Assembly: GCA_964372275.1 (NCBI GenBank)
Contig: CAYJRR010000023.1
Span: 1-41,211 of the forward strand
Origin: an uncultured bacterium
GTDB taxonomy: Bacteria; CAYJRR01
DNA length: 41,211 nt
Direction of reading: 5' to 3'
This document shows, piece by piece, positions 1-9,671 of the stretch. The position numbers were made by a program, and so were the translations under genes. Every line of letters starts with the position of its first letter. Position 1 is the stretch's first letter. A model generated the notes under the pieces. It worked only from the letters and a program-made list of their open reading frames with translations. It was not told the origin of the DNA and did not search any database.

Positions 1-1776
1 GAGAACGTGAAGCAGCTCGACGGCATTCCGCTCGCGAGCGAGCTGGCTGCGGCGCGCATGGGGGTCCTCTCGCCGCAGAAGCTGTTGGAGCGGCTTCCCC
101 GCCGATTCGATCTCCTCGGAGGCGCCCGCCGGGACGTCACCGCCCGGCAGGCGACGCTGCGCGGCGCGATCGACTGGTCGTGGAACCTCCTGCAGCCGTT
201 CGAGCAGGACGCGTTGGCCCAGTGCTCCGTCTTCCACGGGGGTTTCAGCCTCGAGGCGGCGGAGGAGGTGATCGATCTTTCCGCGCACGACGGAGCGCCT
301 TGGCCGCTCGACGTCGTCCAATCGCTCCGCGACAAGTCGCTGCTCCGTGCGTGGGAGCCGGCGGAGTTCCCCGACGAGCTTCGGTTCGGGATGTACTCCA
401 ACATCCGGGAGTACGCCGCCGAGAAGCTGCGGAGCTCGGGCAAGGAGTCCGCCGCGCTCGACCGCCACGGCGCCTACTACCTTCGCGTCGCCGGGGAGTG
501 GGCGGAGGGGGTCGACGCCCACGGCGGCGTGGAGCGCCTTCGCCGGCTGGCGACCGAGCTGGAGAACCTCTTCGCGATCTTCCAACGCGAGACGGGGGCG
601 GGGGGGGCGATCGAGCGGGCGCTGCGGGCGATCCTGGTCCTCGACCCGGTCCTCTCCACCCGCGGTCCGTTCGAGCTGCACCTGAAGATCCTCGACACGG
701 CGCTCGCCCGGACCGAGGGGGCGGAGGTCGATCCGCTGCTGCTCGCGCGCGTGCTGGAGGCGCGCGGCCGCGCCCGCCGCATCCGTGGGCGGGCCACCGA
801 GGCGCGGGCCGATTTCGACCGCGGGATCCTCCTCGCGCGGGCCGGTCGCGAAGTCGGACTGGAGGCCCAGTTCCATGCGCAGATCGCCTTCTCCAGCTAC
901 CAGCAAGGGAGGTTCGACGAGGCGCGAGGGGAGCTGTCGCGGTCGTTGGACCTCGCCCGTGCGGCGGGGGATCGGCGCGTGGAGGCGCTGGCGTGTGGGT
1001 ATCTCGGGGCGGTCGAAGCGAGCGCGGGCGGCGAGGCGCGGAAACACTACGAACGCGCGTTGGCGATCCACCGCGAACGCGGGAACCTCCGCTTCGAAGG
1101 GGTCGCGCTCAACAACCTGGGAATCCTCCACCGCCAGCAGGCGCGCTTCGAAGAGGCCCGTGCCTGCTACGAGCGCGCGCGGGAGATCTACCGGGAGATC
1201 GGCGATCGCGCCTTCGAGGGCTCGGTCGTCGGCAGCCTCGGGGGGATCCTGCTCGAAGAGGGGCGCTACGCCGAGGCGCGCCAGCACTCGGAGGAGGCGA
1301 TCCGGATCCTGCTGGACGTCGGCAACCTGCGATCGAGCGGATTCTTTCGGGCGAACATCGGGCTGATCGACCACCTGGAAGGGCGCCCGTCGGAGGCGTG
1401 CGACGCATACGAGAAGGCGGTCGCGGTGTTCCGGGGCGTCGGCGATCCGAGGTTCGAAGGCCTGTATCTCGGTTTCCTCGGCGCCGCCAAGGCGGCTTGC
1501 GGCTACGTCGACGACGCGGCCCGTGACCTTACGTCGGCGCGCGCCCGCCTCGATCCGCAGCGAGACAAGGCCGAGCTCACGGCGCTGGAGGTCCTCGAAG
1601 GGTTGATCTTCCTCGCCCGGTCCAAGGAGGGACCGGATGCCGAGGGCCTGCGTGCGCGCGCGAGTTGCCTACTCGGAAGCGATTCCGACGCACGCCGCAT
1701 CGCGGAGATCTCCCGCCAATCCGACGACGTCCGGATCGCGCTGCGACTCCTGGAGAACACGCTTCGATCGGCCTGA
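1..1776 (+). CDS. Predicted ATPase (COG3903/STAND-like) with C-terminal TPR repeats; 5'-truncated by the window edge
   Basis: Frame open from base 1; motifs LDGIPLA(S)ELAAAR, RQATLRGAIDWSWNLL, CSVFHGGFSLEAAEEV, then TPR-like repeats (ALNNLGILHRQQARFEEARACYERAREI). Confidence 0.85.
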   Translation, partial: ENVKQLDGIPLASELAAARMGVLSPQKLLERLPRRFDLLGGARRDVTARQATLRGAIDWSWNLLQPFEQDALAQCSVFHGGFSLEAAEEVIDLSAHDGAPWPLDVVQSLRDKSLLRAWEPAEFPDELRFGMYSNIREYAAEKLRSSGKESAALDRHGAYYLRVAGEWAEGVDAHGGVERLRRLATELENLFAIFQRETGAGGAIERALRAILVLDPVLSTRGPFELHLKILDTALARTEGAEVDPLLLARVLEARGRARRIRGRATEARADFDRGILLARAGREVGLEAQFHAQIAFSSYQQGRFDEARGELSRSLDLARAAGDRRVEALACGYLGAVEASAGGEARKHYERALAIHRERGNLRFEGVALNNLGILHRQQARFEEARACYERAREIYREIGDRAFEGSVVGSLGGILLEEGRYAEARQHSEEAIRILLDVGNLRSSGFFRANIGLIDHLEGRPSEACDAYEKAVAVFRGVGDPRFEGLYLGFLGAAKAACGYVDDAARDLTSARARLDPQRDKAELTALEVLEGLIFLARSKEGPDAEGLRARASCLLGSDSDARRIAEISRQSDDVRIALRLLENTLRSA

Positions 1777-1900
1777 CGGCGCCTCCGAAACGCGTGCGCC
1801 GTGACGGAATTTTTCTACATCGCCCGTGGCTTGCGAAGTCGATGGCCGCGCCGAGATCGATCGGCGTTACAATCGGCGAGGGGCACCGATCGGGGGAGAG

Positions 1901-2812
1901 ATGGTTCGGGTTCCTTCGTGGGGGGTGACGGTCGCGGCGCTCGCCCTCTCCGCGTGCACCGCCGGCCAGCCCGGAGCCGACCCGGTCGTCGGCGCCGATC
2001 CCGGAGAGTCGTTGGCCGGGAGCGCCTCGGATACCGTCGATCAGGCGGACGGCGGGACGGCCGCGAGCTTCGCCTTCGCCTCCGGCGGAAGCTGCGTCAC
2101 GCGTTCGCCGATGCCGACCGGGACGCCGCTTCCCGATGTCGACGGCGATGGATTTCGCGATGTGTTGATCACCATCACCTTGATCGACTGCGAGCCGAGA
2201 CGCGGCACCGGTACCGTCTCGGGCGTCGTGACGGTGCTCGACGCCGCGCTCGGCGATCCGTCTCTCAACGTCCGGCGCACCTTCGCCATGCGGGACGCGG
2301 ATGGCGATCCGGGGATCGTGATCTCCCGAGAGGGGATCAGCACTCGCGCGGCCATCACCGGAACGGGGATGCTGGCCGTGATCTCGAGCGGAAGCTACAG
2401 CTTCAGCCGCATCGGCGACGTCGAGGGGACGATGGTCGAAGGGACGGTCGAGGACCTCGACACCGACGCCGCGATCGACTTCGCCGAATCGATCGAATGG
2501 GACGCGACCTACGAGCCGACGGACGGCGCCTGGACCAGCCCGAAGGACGGACTGGAGGACGGCACGATCGAGATCGACGGCTCGTGGGAGGTCGACCTCG
2601 AAGTCGACGGGGAGATCCGCCACGGCGAGGGGACCGTCGCGACGGCGGCCTTGCTCGAGATCTCCACCGCCTGCGAATCGCGGATCGTGGGGGGCGCGAT
2701 CGAATCGGTGCTGGTCTTCGAGGACGAGACGTTGTCGACGACCGTCACGTGGACCGACTGCGGCGAATACACCACCGTGACCGAAGTCGTCGAATCGGAC
2801 GACGAATCGTAG
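1901..2812 (+). CDS. Acidic beta-rich lipoprotein of unknown function (paralog 1)
   Basis: ATG 1901 after GGGGGAGAG; signal MVRVPSWGVTVAALALSA-C (lipobox); DVDGDG motif; similar to 2935..3804. Confidence 0.75.
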   Translation: MVRVPSWGVTVAALALSACTAGQPGADPVVGADPGESLAGSASDTVDQADGGTAASFAFASGGSCVTRSPMPTGTPLPDVDGDGFRDVLITITLIDCEPRRGTGTVSGVVTVLDAALGDPSLNVRRTFAMRDADGDPGIVISREGISTRAAITGTGMLAVISSGSYSFSRIGDVEGTMVEGTVEDLDTDAAIDFAESIEWDATYEPTDGAWTSPKDGLEDGTIEIDGSWEVDLEVDGEIRHGEGTVATAALLEISTACESRIVGGAIESVLVFEDETLSTTVTWTDCGEYTTVTEVVESDDES

Positions 2813-2934
2813 CGGAAGGATCCGGAGACGAATTCGTCCGCCCAAGGGCACAGGGCGGGGGTACGGGAAAGGGGAGACGAACGAACGCAGCGGGCGAAGC
2901 ACCTGGGATCTGACTCGGAACCGCGGAGGATCGT

Positions 2935-3804
2935 ATGGACCGGAAGAAGGCCCTGGTAGCGATGATGGCGTGTCTGGCGTGGACGGTGGCTGCCTGTGAC
3001 GACGACGAGGGGGAGTCGGCCACTCCCGCCATCAACGAGGAGACGAGCGAACTCGCAGCCGACATGTTCGTCGGCACCATCGACGAAAGTTTCAGCAATT
3101 TCGAGCCCGTCGTGGCCGGCGGGATGATGTTTCAGCCCGAGCACGACGGGGAGGATTGCTATACCGAATCCGGCGATGCTTCCGATACCGACGCCGACCA
3201 GATCCCGACCGATTGGACGATCACCTACGACTGCTCGTACAGCGAGGAGGGGTTCACCTACTCGATGAACGGCTTTCAGCACGTGCAGGACGACGATCCC
3301 CAGGCGGCGGCGTTTGCGTTCACGATGGACGCGGACATGGAATTGGCCTTCTCGGGCGAAGGGGCAGATCTCTCGGCCTCCTGGGTCGGCTCGCTCGTGG
3401 CGTCGGAACCCGACGGCGCCTTCTCGGTCGATGCCGACATGACGGCGGTCGGTGACATGGTCGGCGAGGACGGCGAGGTCCACTACAGCCAGGACATGGA
3501 CATGGTGACGGTCTACGACCCCGACGGGGCGTGGGCGATGGGGGACGAGTTGATCGCCGGCACCTATACCGTCGACGGCTCGTGGGCGGTCGACTTCCGC
3601 TCGCCGGAGGAGTCGGGGGCGGCGGCCTTCACCGTCGACACGGTGGTTCCGATGACGGTCGACCCGCTCTGCTTCTCGCTGATCACCGCAGGGGAGGTCG
3701 ACCTCTCCTTCGTGCACCAGGGACGCACGCGGAACGTCAAGGTCACCTGGACCGGCTGCGACACCTACACCGCGACCTTCTCGGAGTCGGCCGCGGGCTC
3801 CTGA
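2935..3804 (+). CDS. Acidic beta-rich lipoprotein of unknown function (paralog 2)
   Basis: GGAGGA SD; signal MDRKKALVAMMACLAWTVAA-C; shares DGAW, DGSWxVD and VTWTxC motifs with 1901..2812. Confidence 0.8.
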   Translation: MDRKKALVAMMACLAWTVAACDDDEGESATPAINEETSELAADMFVGTIDESFSNFEPVVAGGMMFQPEHDGEDCYTESGDASDTDADQIPTDWTITYDCSYSEEGFTYSMNGFQHVQDDDPQAAAFAFTMDADMELAFSGEGADLSASWVGSLVASEPDGAFSVDADMTAVGDMVGEDGEVHYSQDMDMVTVYDPDGAWAMGDELIAGTYTVDGSWAVDFRSPEESGAAAFTVDTVVPMTVDPLCFSLITAGEVDLSFVHQGRTRNVKVTWTGCDTYTATFSESAAGS

Positions 3805-3818
3805 GTCGGTAACGCTTC

Positions 3819-3855
3819 CGACGGGCGTCGCCGAGCGATTCGGCGGCGCCCGTCG
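3819..3855. terminator. GC-rich hairpin between convergent genes (possible bidirectional terminator)
   Basis: CGACGGGCGTCGCCGA-gcgat-TCGGCGGCGCCCGTCG, a 16-bp stem with one non-Watson-Crick pair; no U-tract. Confidence 0.55.
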
Positions 3856-3888
3856 TGCGTTCTCGCGCCGGCGACCGGCCGTCCGCTG

Positions 3889-5313
3889 CTACGAAGGATC
3901 GCGGACCAGCCAGGCGCGGCGCTCGGTCATCTCCTCGATGGCGTAGCGGACCCCTTCGCGCCCGAGGCCGGAGCCCTTGACCCCGCCGTATGGCGAGGCG
4001 TCGACCCGGAAGGTCGGAATCTCGTTGGTCACCACCGACCCCACCTCCAGCCGGCGGAAGGCGCGGCGCGCGCGGTCGAGGTCGCGGGTGAAGACGCCGG
4101 CCTGGAGACCCCACTCCCCGGAATCGATCCTCGCCAGCGCCTCGTCCCATTCGCGGAAGGCTCCGAGCGTCGCCACCGGTCCGAACACCTCCTCGCACAC
4201 GACCTTGTCGTCCTCGCGGCAGCCGGTGAGGACGGTCGGCTGGACGACCGTTCCGCGACGAGTCCCTCCGCACAACAGACGCGCTCCGCGATCGACCGCT
4301 TCGCGCGTCCACCGTTCGACCCGGACGGCGGCGGCCTCGTCGATCATCGGACCCACGACCGTCGCCGGGTCGGAGGGATCGCCGACGCGGAGCGTCTCCA
4401 CCTCGCGCAGGAACGCCTTTGTGAACCGCTCGATCGCCGACGCGTGCACCAGGATGCGCTGCACCTTGATGCAGACCTGACCCGCTTGCGCGAAGGCGCC
4501 GGCGGCGCAGCGCGCAGCGGCGAGATCGAGGTCGGCCCCTTCGTCGACCGCCACGCCGGCGTTCCCGCCGAGCTCGAGGGCGACCTTCTTGCGGCCGGCC
4601 TGCGCGCGCAACGTCCAGCCGACGCGCGCGCTTCCGGTGAACGAGAGCATGCGGATCCGCGGGTCGGTGACGAGGAGCGATGCGGTTTCGGGCGGGCAGG
4701 GGAGGACCGAGAGCGCGCCCGCGGGCGCCCCGGCGGAGTCCACGATCTCCGCCAGGATCAGCGCCGCCCCCGGCGCCTGGGGGGCCGGCTTCACCACGAT
4801 CGGACAGCCGGCGGCGAAGGCGGGTGCGACCTTGTGCGCCACCAGGTTGATCGGGAAGTTGAACGGCGTGATCCCGGCGATCGGTCCGACCGGGACGCGC
4901 TCCACCGTCGCCCGCCAGCCGCGGGCGCGCGGCTCCACGTCGAGCGCGAGCGACTCCCCCGCGATCCGCGTCGCCTCCTCGGCGCCGAGCTGGAAGGTGA
5001 CGACCGCCCGGTCGACCTCGGCCCTGGCGGCGGAGACCGGCTTTCCGCTTTCGGCGACGATCGCGCGGACGAAGTCCTCGCGGCGGGCCCCGATCCCGTC
5101 GGCGATCCGGCGGAGGAGGTCGCGACGCTCCCAACCCCCGAGGGCCGCCATCGCCGACGCGGCCTGGACGGCTCCGGCGATCGCCCGCTCGACGTCGTCG
5201 GGACCCGCGATCGGAACGGATGCCGCTTCCCGGCCGTCCCAGGGACTGCGGAGCATCTCGTGGCGGGACGGCTCGACCCATCGACCGGCGACGAAGAGGC
5301 GCGTCGGCGTCAT
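3889..5313 (-). CDS. Aldehyde dehydrogenase family protein
   Basis: ITPFNFPINL, VVKPA, SFTGS, LELGGNA (catalytic Glu), AGQVC (catalytic Cys), EEVFGPV, YGGVKGSGLGREG; ATG overlaps the DUF423 stop (ATGA). Confidence 0.93.
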   Translation of the reverse strand: MTPTRLFVAGRWVEPSRHEMLRSPWDGREAASVPIAGPDDVERAIAGAVQAASAMAALGGWERRDLLRRIADGIGARREDFVRAIVAESGKPVSAARAEVDRAVVTFQLGAEEATRIAGESLALDVEPRARGWRATVERVPVGPIAGITPFNFPINLVAHKVAPAFAAGCPIVVKPAPQAPGAALILAEIVDSAGAPAGALSVLPCPPETASLLVTDPRIRMLSFTGSARVGWTLRAQAGRKKVALELGGNAGVAVDEGADLDLAAARCAAGAFAQAGQVCIKVQRILVHASAIERFTKAFLREVETLRVGDPSDPATVVGPMIDEAAAVRVERWTREAVDRGARLLCGGTRRGTVVQPTVLTGCREDDKVVCEEVFGPVATLGAFREWDEALARIDSGEWGLQAGVFTRDLDRARRAFRRLEVGSVVTNEIPTFRVDASPYGGVKGSGLGREGVRYAIEEMTERRAWLVRDPS

Positions 5314-5693
5314 CGTCGGGCCCCCCAGGCGAAGAGCGCCCAGCCGACGATCAGACTCACGCCGCCGAACGGCGTGACGGCGCCGTACGCCCGGACGCCG
5401 GTCAGCGCCAGCAGGAACAGGCTGCCCGAGAAGACGGCCGAGCCGCCGAGGAAGGCCCAGCCGGCGGCATCGAGCGTCCGCGCCGCCGGCGCGCTCCCGT
5501 CGGCGGCCGTTGCGCGGACCACGCCCAGGGCGATCAGCGCCAGGGCGTGGTACATCAGGTAGCGGGCCCCCGTTTCGAAGACGGCGAGCGCGTCGGCCGG
5601 CAGTCGCGCACGCAGCGCATGGGCGCCGAACGCTCCGGCGACCACCGCCAGCCCGCCGAACGCCGCCCCCGCCACGATCCACGACCGAGTCAT
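5310..5693 (-). CDS. DUF423 (YgdD/TMEM256) family membrane protein
   Basis: GAFGAHAL, FETGARYLMYHALAL, FSGSL, GAVTPFGG signature motifs. Confidence 0.9.
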   Translation of the reverse strand: MTRSWIVAGAAFGGLAVVAGAFGAHALRARLPADALAVFETGARYLMYHALALIALGVVRATAADGSAPAARTLDAAGWAFLGGSAVFSGSLFLLALTGVRAYGAVTPFGGVSLIVGWALFAWGARR

Positions 5694-5746
5694 GCGAGGG
5701 CTTCTAGCCTACCGCGCGCGCGATCGGAAGGGGTCCGGAGTCGACG

Positions 5747-6973
5747 TCACGGTAGCAGCGGCGGCGGGGCTTCGAGGAACTCGCGGTGAAGGGTGCGGAC
5801 GGCGTCGTCGACGCGCTCGCGGGGGAGGAGCCAGGTAATCCGGAAGGAGGAGGTGGCGATCCCGCGCGGGACGATGCCGGCGGCGGCGAGCGCCGCGCCA
5901 CCTCGGCGCACGTTCCTCCAGGCGGCGTTGATCCCGGCTCCGATCACGCTCACCGCACCGGCGCCGTCGTCGAGGGCGACGCGCCCCTCGAACCGCTCCG
6001 CGAGCAGCTGGCGCAGCTTTGGTTCGTCGTGCAGGTTCTCGCGAGAGATCACCATCGAGAGCAGTCCGCCGCCGCCGCGGGTCACGTGGAGCTGTTTTCC
6101 GGGGGTGGAGCGGGCGTCGAGCAGCTCCAGCAGGCCGTCCGCGACCTCCGCCCCCGCCGCGCTCAAGCTCAGGATCTCCTTTTCGCTCGCCACGCCGACC
6201 ACCGTCCCGGGCATGCGGGGCGCGTCCTTGCGCACGACCGTTCCGTCGGCCGAGGGATCGGCGCCGGGAAGCGGGCCGGCGGTGGCCCGGGCGTAGATCG
6301 CGATCCCCTTCTCCTTGGCGAACTCCACCGCCTGCGCGTTGAGCACCCTGGCGCCGGCCTCGGCCATCTCCTGGGTCTCCTCGTAGGAAAGGGTCCCGAT
6401 GCGGCGCGCCGCGGGCACCACCCGTGGGTCGGCGGTGTAGACGCCGTCGACGTCGGAGCAGATCTCGCACCAGGCGGCGCCCAGCGCCGCCGCCATCGCC
6501 ACCGCCGTGGTGTCGCTGCCGCCGCGCCCCAGGGTGGTGACCTCCTTCCGGTAGGAGACCCCTTGGTAGCCGGCGATCACCACGATCCGTCCGCGCGCCA
6601 ACTCGTCCTGCACGCGGAAGGGTCGGACTTCGAGGATCCGGGCGTCGGCGTGGCGGTCGTTGGTGATGATCCCCGACTGGCTCCCGGTGAAGCTGATCGC
6701 GTCGCCGCCGAGCTCGCGGATCGCCATCGACAGCAGGGCCATCGAGATCCGCTCCCCCGCCGACAGGAGCATGTCGAGCTCGCGCCGCTCCGGGTTCGGC
6801 GTGACGCGCTTCGCCAGCGCGAGCAGATCGTCGGTCGTGTCCCCCATCGCCGAGACGACGACCACCACGTCGTGCCCGTCGCGCCGGGTGCGCATCACCC
6901 GCTCGGCGACCTTCCGGATCTTCTCCGGGTCGGCGACGCTGGAACCGCCGTATTTCTGGACGACGATCGCCAT
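5747..6973 (-). CDS. lysC: Aspartate kinase
   Basis: [51 protein letters not shown]-like C-terminus; start overlaps the upstream stop (TGATG). Confidence 0.92.
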   Translation of the reverse strand: MAIVVQKYGGSSVADPEKIRKVAERVMRTRRDGHDVVVVVSAMGDTTDDLLALAKRVTPNPERRELDMLLSAGERISMALLSMAIRELGGDAISFTGSQSGIITNDRHADARILEVRPFRVQDELARGRIVVIAGYQGVSYRKEVTTLGRGGSDTTAVAMAAALGAAWCEICSDVDGVYTADPRVVPAARRIGTLSYEETQEMAEAGARVLNAQAVEFAKEKGIAIYARATAGPLPGADPSADGTVVRKDAPRMPGTVVGVASEKEILSLSAAGAEVADGLLELLDARSTPGKQLHVTRGGGGLLSMVISRENLHDEPKLRQLLAERFEGRVALDDGAGAVSVIGAGINAAWRNVRRGGAALAAAGIVPRGIATSSFRITWLLPRERVDDAVRTLHREFLEAPPPLLP

Positions 6974-7707
6974 CAGCGGAACGTGGGCCCCGGAAAGGGC
7001 TCCCCCTGCTCGGTCAACCCCGGACTGCACCGGCGGCTTCCCGAAGGCTGGCCGGGTGGGGTGAAGGTGTACGGCTCGTGCGCATGAAAACCGTCCAGGC
7101 CGGGGACGTTCCGGGTCAGGGACTGGTCGTCCTCGGCCGAGAAACCCGTCCATTCGACGCTGTCCAGCTCCAGCCCGTCGAGGGTGACGGTGATCCGGTC
7201 CTCCGAGTTGTTCAGGCCGAGGCCTCCGGAGAACGCGACGTGCGCGCCTCCGTAGAAGGCGGGGTTCGACGTGCCGGCCGTCGTCGCGCCGAGCACGACG
7301 AACGCTTCGTCGGGCTCGAGGATGGGCGGGGCTTGGAAGATGAACTTCACGCCGACGATGTCGGAGATCGTGACGCCGTGAAGGTCGAGACGCTTGGCGC
7401 TCGGGTTGTAGATCTCGACGAACTCGTCACGACTGTTGCTGAACGCGCCGTCGCCGTCGGCATCGCACGACGGAGAACCGCCCCCGGCGTCGAACAGGAC
7501 TTCGTGGATGAGCAGGTCCCCCAGGGTGGGCGTCACGGGGGGCCGCGTGTTCGACGAATCGTCGTCGTCCCCGCTCTCATGGTCGTCGTCGTCCGCGCTG
7601 TCGTCGTCTTCGGCTTCGGTCGGGCCTCCGATCAAGCCGCCGCGGCCGCAGGCGAGCGCCGCCGCCAGGGCGGCGATCGAGAGCCAGGCGCGGGGGCGAC
7701 GGAGCAC
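6973..7707 (-). CDS. Lamin-tail-domain (LTD) lipoprotein
   Basis: Lipobox ALAC; acidic linker; LLIHEVLFD...DADGDG...[10 protein letters not shown]...[22 protein letters not shown]. Confidence 0.8.
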   Translation of the reverse strand: MLRRPRAWLSIAALAAALACGRGGLIGGPTEAEDDDSADDDDHESGDDDDSSNTRPPVTPTLGDLLIHEVLFDAGGGSPSCDADGDGAFSNSRDEFVEIYNPSAKRLDLHGVTISDIVGVKFIFQAPPILEPDEAFVVLGATTAGTSNPAFYGGAHVAFSGGLGLNNSEDRITVTLDGLELDSVEWTGFSAEDDQSLTRNVPGLDGFHAHEPYTFTPPGQPSGSRRCSPGLTEQGEPFPGPTFR

Positions 7708-7715
7708 GACCCCAC

Positions 7716-7781
7716 ATTGTACGCCGGACGGTGGCGCGCGGTCGCCCGCCGCGTCGGGGCGGCGGATCGAGGGGTTACAAT
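7716..7781. promoter_or_regulatory. Divergent sigma70-type -10 boxes (TACAAT on each strand) just upstream of start codons
   Basis: Minus-strand TACAAT at 7721-7716, 8 nt before GTG 7707; plus-strand TACAAT at 7776-7781, 6 nt before GTG 7788. Confidence 0.55.
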
Positions 7782-7787
7782 CGCGAC

Positions 7788-9671
7788 GTGGCGGTTCTGC
7801 TGGCGCTGTTCGGTCCGAAGCGGGGGGTGCGCCTCGAGCTCGAGGAGGCCCTCACGGTGGGGCGATCCTCCGCCTGCGGCCTGCAGCTGCTCGACGAGAA
7901 GGTGTCGCGCGAGCACTGCCGGTTCCGGGTGGCGAACGGTCCGGTGACCGTCGAGGACCTCGGCTCCCAGAACGGGACGTTCGTCAACGGGGAACGCCTC
8001 TCCGAGGCGCGGACGCTCGGCCCCGGGGACGAGATCGCGGTCGGCGATTCGCTGTTCGTGCTCGACGGCGAGATCGACGTCGCCGCGGCGCGGTTCGGCG
8101 AGGCGACGTTGGTGGTCGCCCCGTCCCCCGCGCCGTCCCTGGCCTCCGTCGATTCCGCCGGCGCCGTACCGGACGGCTCGGTCGAGGCGATTCGGTCACT
8201 CACCGAATCGTTGGCGGCGGCCGCCGACCTCGAGACCGCCGCCCGCGCGATGCTCCAGGCGGTCGACCTCGCGTTGCGGCCCGACCGGGCCTTCGTCCTC
8301 CGCTGGGACGCGGCGAGGCGGTCGGCGACGCCGCTGGTGGGCAAGAGCGACGGCGCGGCGGTCTCGGTCTCCCGCACCGTCCTGGAACGGGCGGCGGCCG
8401 AGCGGCGCGCGCTGGCGGTCGAGGACGCGGTCGAGGATCGCAGCCTCAAGGAGGCCAAGAGCGTCGTTCGCCACAAGCTCCGATCGGTAATCGTCGCCCC
8501 AATCGTGGCCCGCGGCGCGAAGGGTTCCGGTGATGCGGTGGAGGGGTTCCTCCACGCCGACCGGCAACAGCCCCGATACGGCGCCGCGGAGGCGGCGTTG
8601 CTCGGCGCGTTCGCCGCCGTGGCGGCCCTGCGCGGCCTCGAGCCGGGCGAGGCCGGTCGGGGGCCGGCGCGGATCCGTCCGGCGGCGGGCGCGCGTCCGG
8701 TCGGCGAGAGCGCCGCGATGCGCGAGATCCTTCGCGCCGCTGCCGCCGCCGCCGCCGTCCCCTCCACCGTTCTCGTCACCGGGGAGAGCGGCACCGGGAA
8801 GGAGGAGATCGCGCGCTTCGTCCACGAGAGCGGCGCGCGCGCCGGGCGCCCCGTCGTCGCGGTCAACTGCGGCGCGCTGCCCGAGTCGCTCGCCCACAGC
8901 GAGCTGTTCGGCCACGAGCGTGGCGCCTTCACCGGCGCGAACGGCCCGCGCGAGGGGCTGGTGGAGGCGTCCGACGGCGGGACGTTGTTCCTCGACGAGG
9001 TGGGCGAGCTGTCGGCCTCGGCGCAGGTCAAGCTGCTGCGCGTGCTGCAGGAACGGGCCTTCTACCGCGTCGGTTCGGCGGTGCCCCGGCGCGTCGACCT
9101 GCGGGTCATCGCCGCGACCCACCGCGATCTGGAGAAGGCGATCGCGGGCGGGACGTTCCGCGAGGATCTCTACTACCGGATCAACGTGCTGCGCCTCCAC
9201 CTGCCCCCGCTGCGCGATCGGTTGGAGGACCTGCCGGTCCTGGCCCGGGCGTTGCTTGAGAGGATCTGCGTGACGCTCGGACGCCGTGAGCCGGGTCTGT
9301 CCGACGGGGCGCTGTCGCTCCTCGCCTGCCAATCGTGGCCCGGGAATGCGCGCGAGCTGTCGAACGTCCTGGAGAGGGTGATGGTCCATCGCGCCGCCAC
9401 CGACACCAGCCCCGTCGACGAGCGCGAGGTCGCGGCGGCGTTGTCGCGCGGCCCCACCCGTCCGCCGGTCGTCCCCGGTTCGGCCACCCGCACCGAGACG
9501 ACGGCGCTCGCCGACAAGGTCTCGCGCCTGGAGAAGGAGGAGATCGTCGCGGCGCTGAAGCGCGCGCGCGGGATCAAGTCGCGTGCCGCCGAAGCGCTGG
9601 GGATCAGCCGGCCGACGCTCGACAAGAAGATCGCCGACTTCGGGATCGACCTCTGGCGGGAGGAGCGATGA
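7788..9671 (+). CDS. Sigma54-dependent enhancer-binding protein, FHA-GAF-AAA+-Fis-type HTH
   Basis: FHA (VGRS...VSREH...DLGSQNGTFVNG), GAF-like middle region, Walker A GESGTGKE, intact GAFTGA, FLDEV, WPGNAREL, C-terminal HTH (AAEALGISRPTL). Confidence 0.93.
   Translation: MAVLLALFGPKRGVRLELEEALTVGRSSACGLQLLDEKVSREHCRFRVANGPVTVEDLGSQNGTFVNGERLSEARTLGPGDEIAVGDSLFVLDGEIDVAAARFGEATLVVAPSPAPSLASVDSAGAVPDGSVEAIRSLTESLAAAADLETAARAMLQAVDLALRPDRAFVLRWDAARRSATPLVGKSDGAAVSVSRTVLERAAAERRALAVEDAVEDRSLKEAKSVVRHKLRSVIVAPIVARGAKGSGDAVEGFLHADRQQPRYGAAEAALLGAFAAVAALRGLEPGEAGRGPARIRPAAGARPVGESAAMREILRAAAAAAAVPSTVLVTGESGTGKEEIARFVHESGARAGRPVVAVNCGALPESLAHSELFGHERGAFTGANGPREGLVEASDGGTLFLDEVGELSASAQVKLLRVLQERAFYRVGSAVPRRVDLRVIAATHRDLEKAIAGGTFREDLYYRINVLRLHLPPLRDRLEDLPVLARALLERICVTLGRREPGLSDGALSLLACQSWPGNARELSNVLERVMVHRAATDTSPVDEREVAAALSRGPTRPPVVPGSATRTETTALADKVSRLEKEEIVAALKRARGIKSRAAEALGISRPTLDKKIADFGIDLWREER

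Noticed and set aside
1802-1819. AT-rich TGACGGAATTTTTCTACA as a regulator site
   Set aside because: It is only weakly palindromic and I found no second copy.
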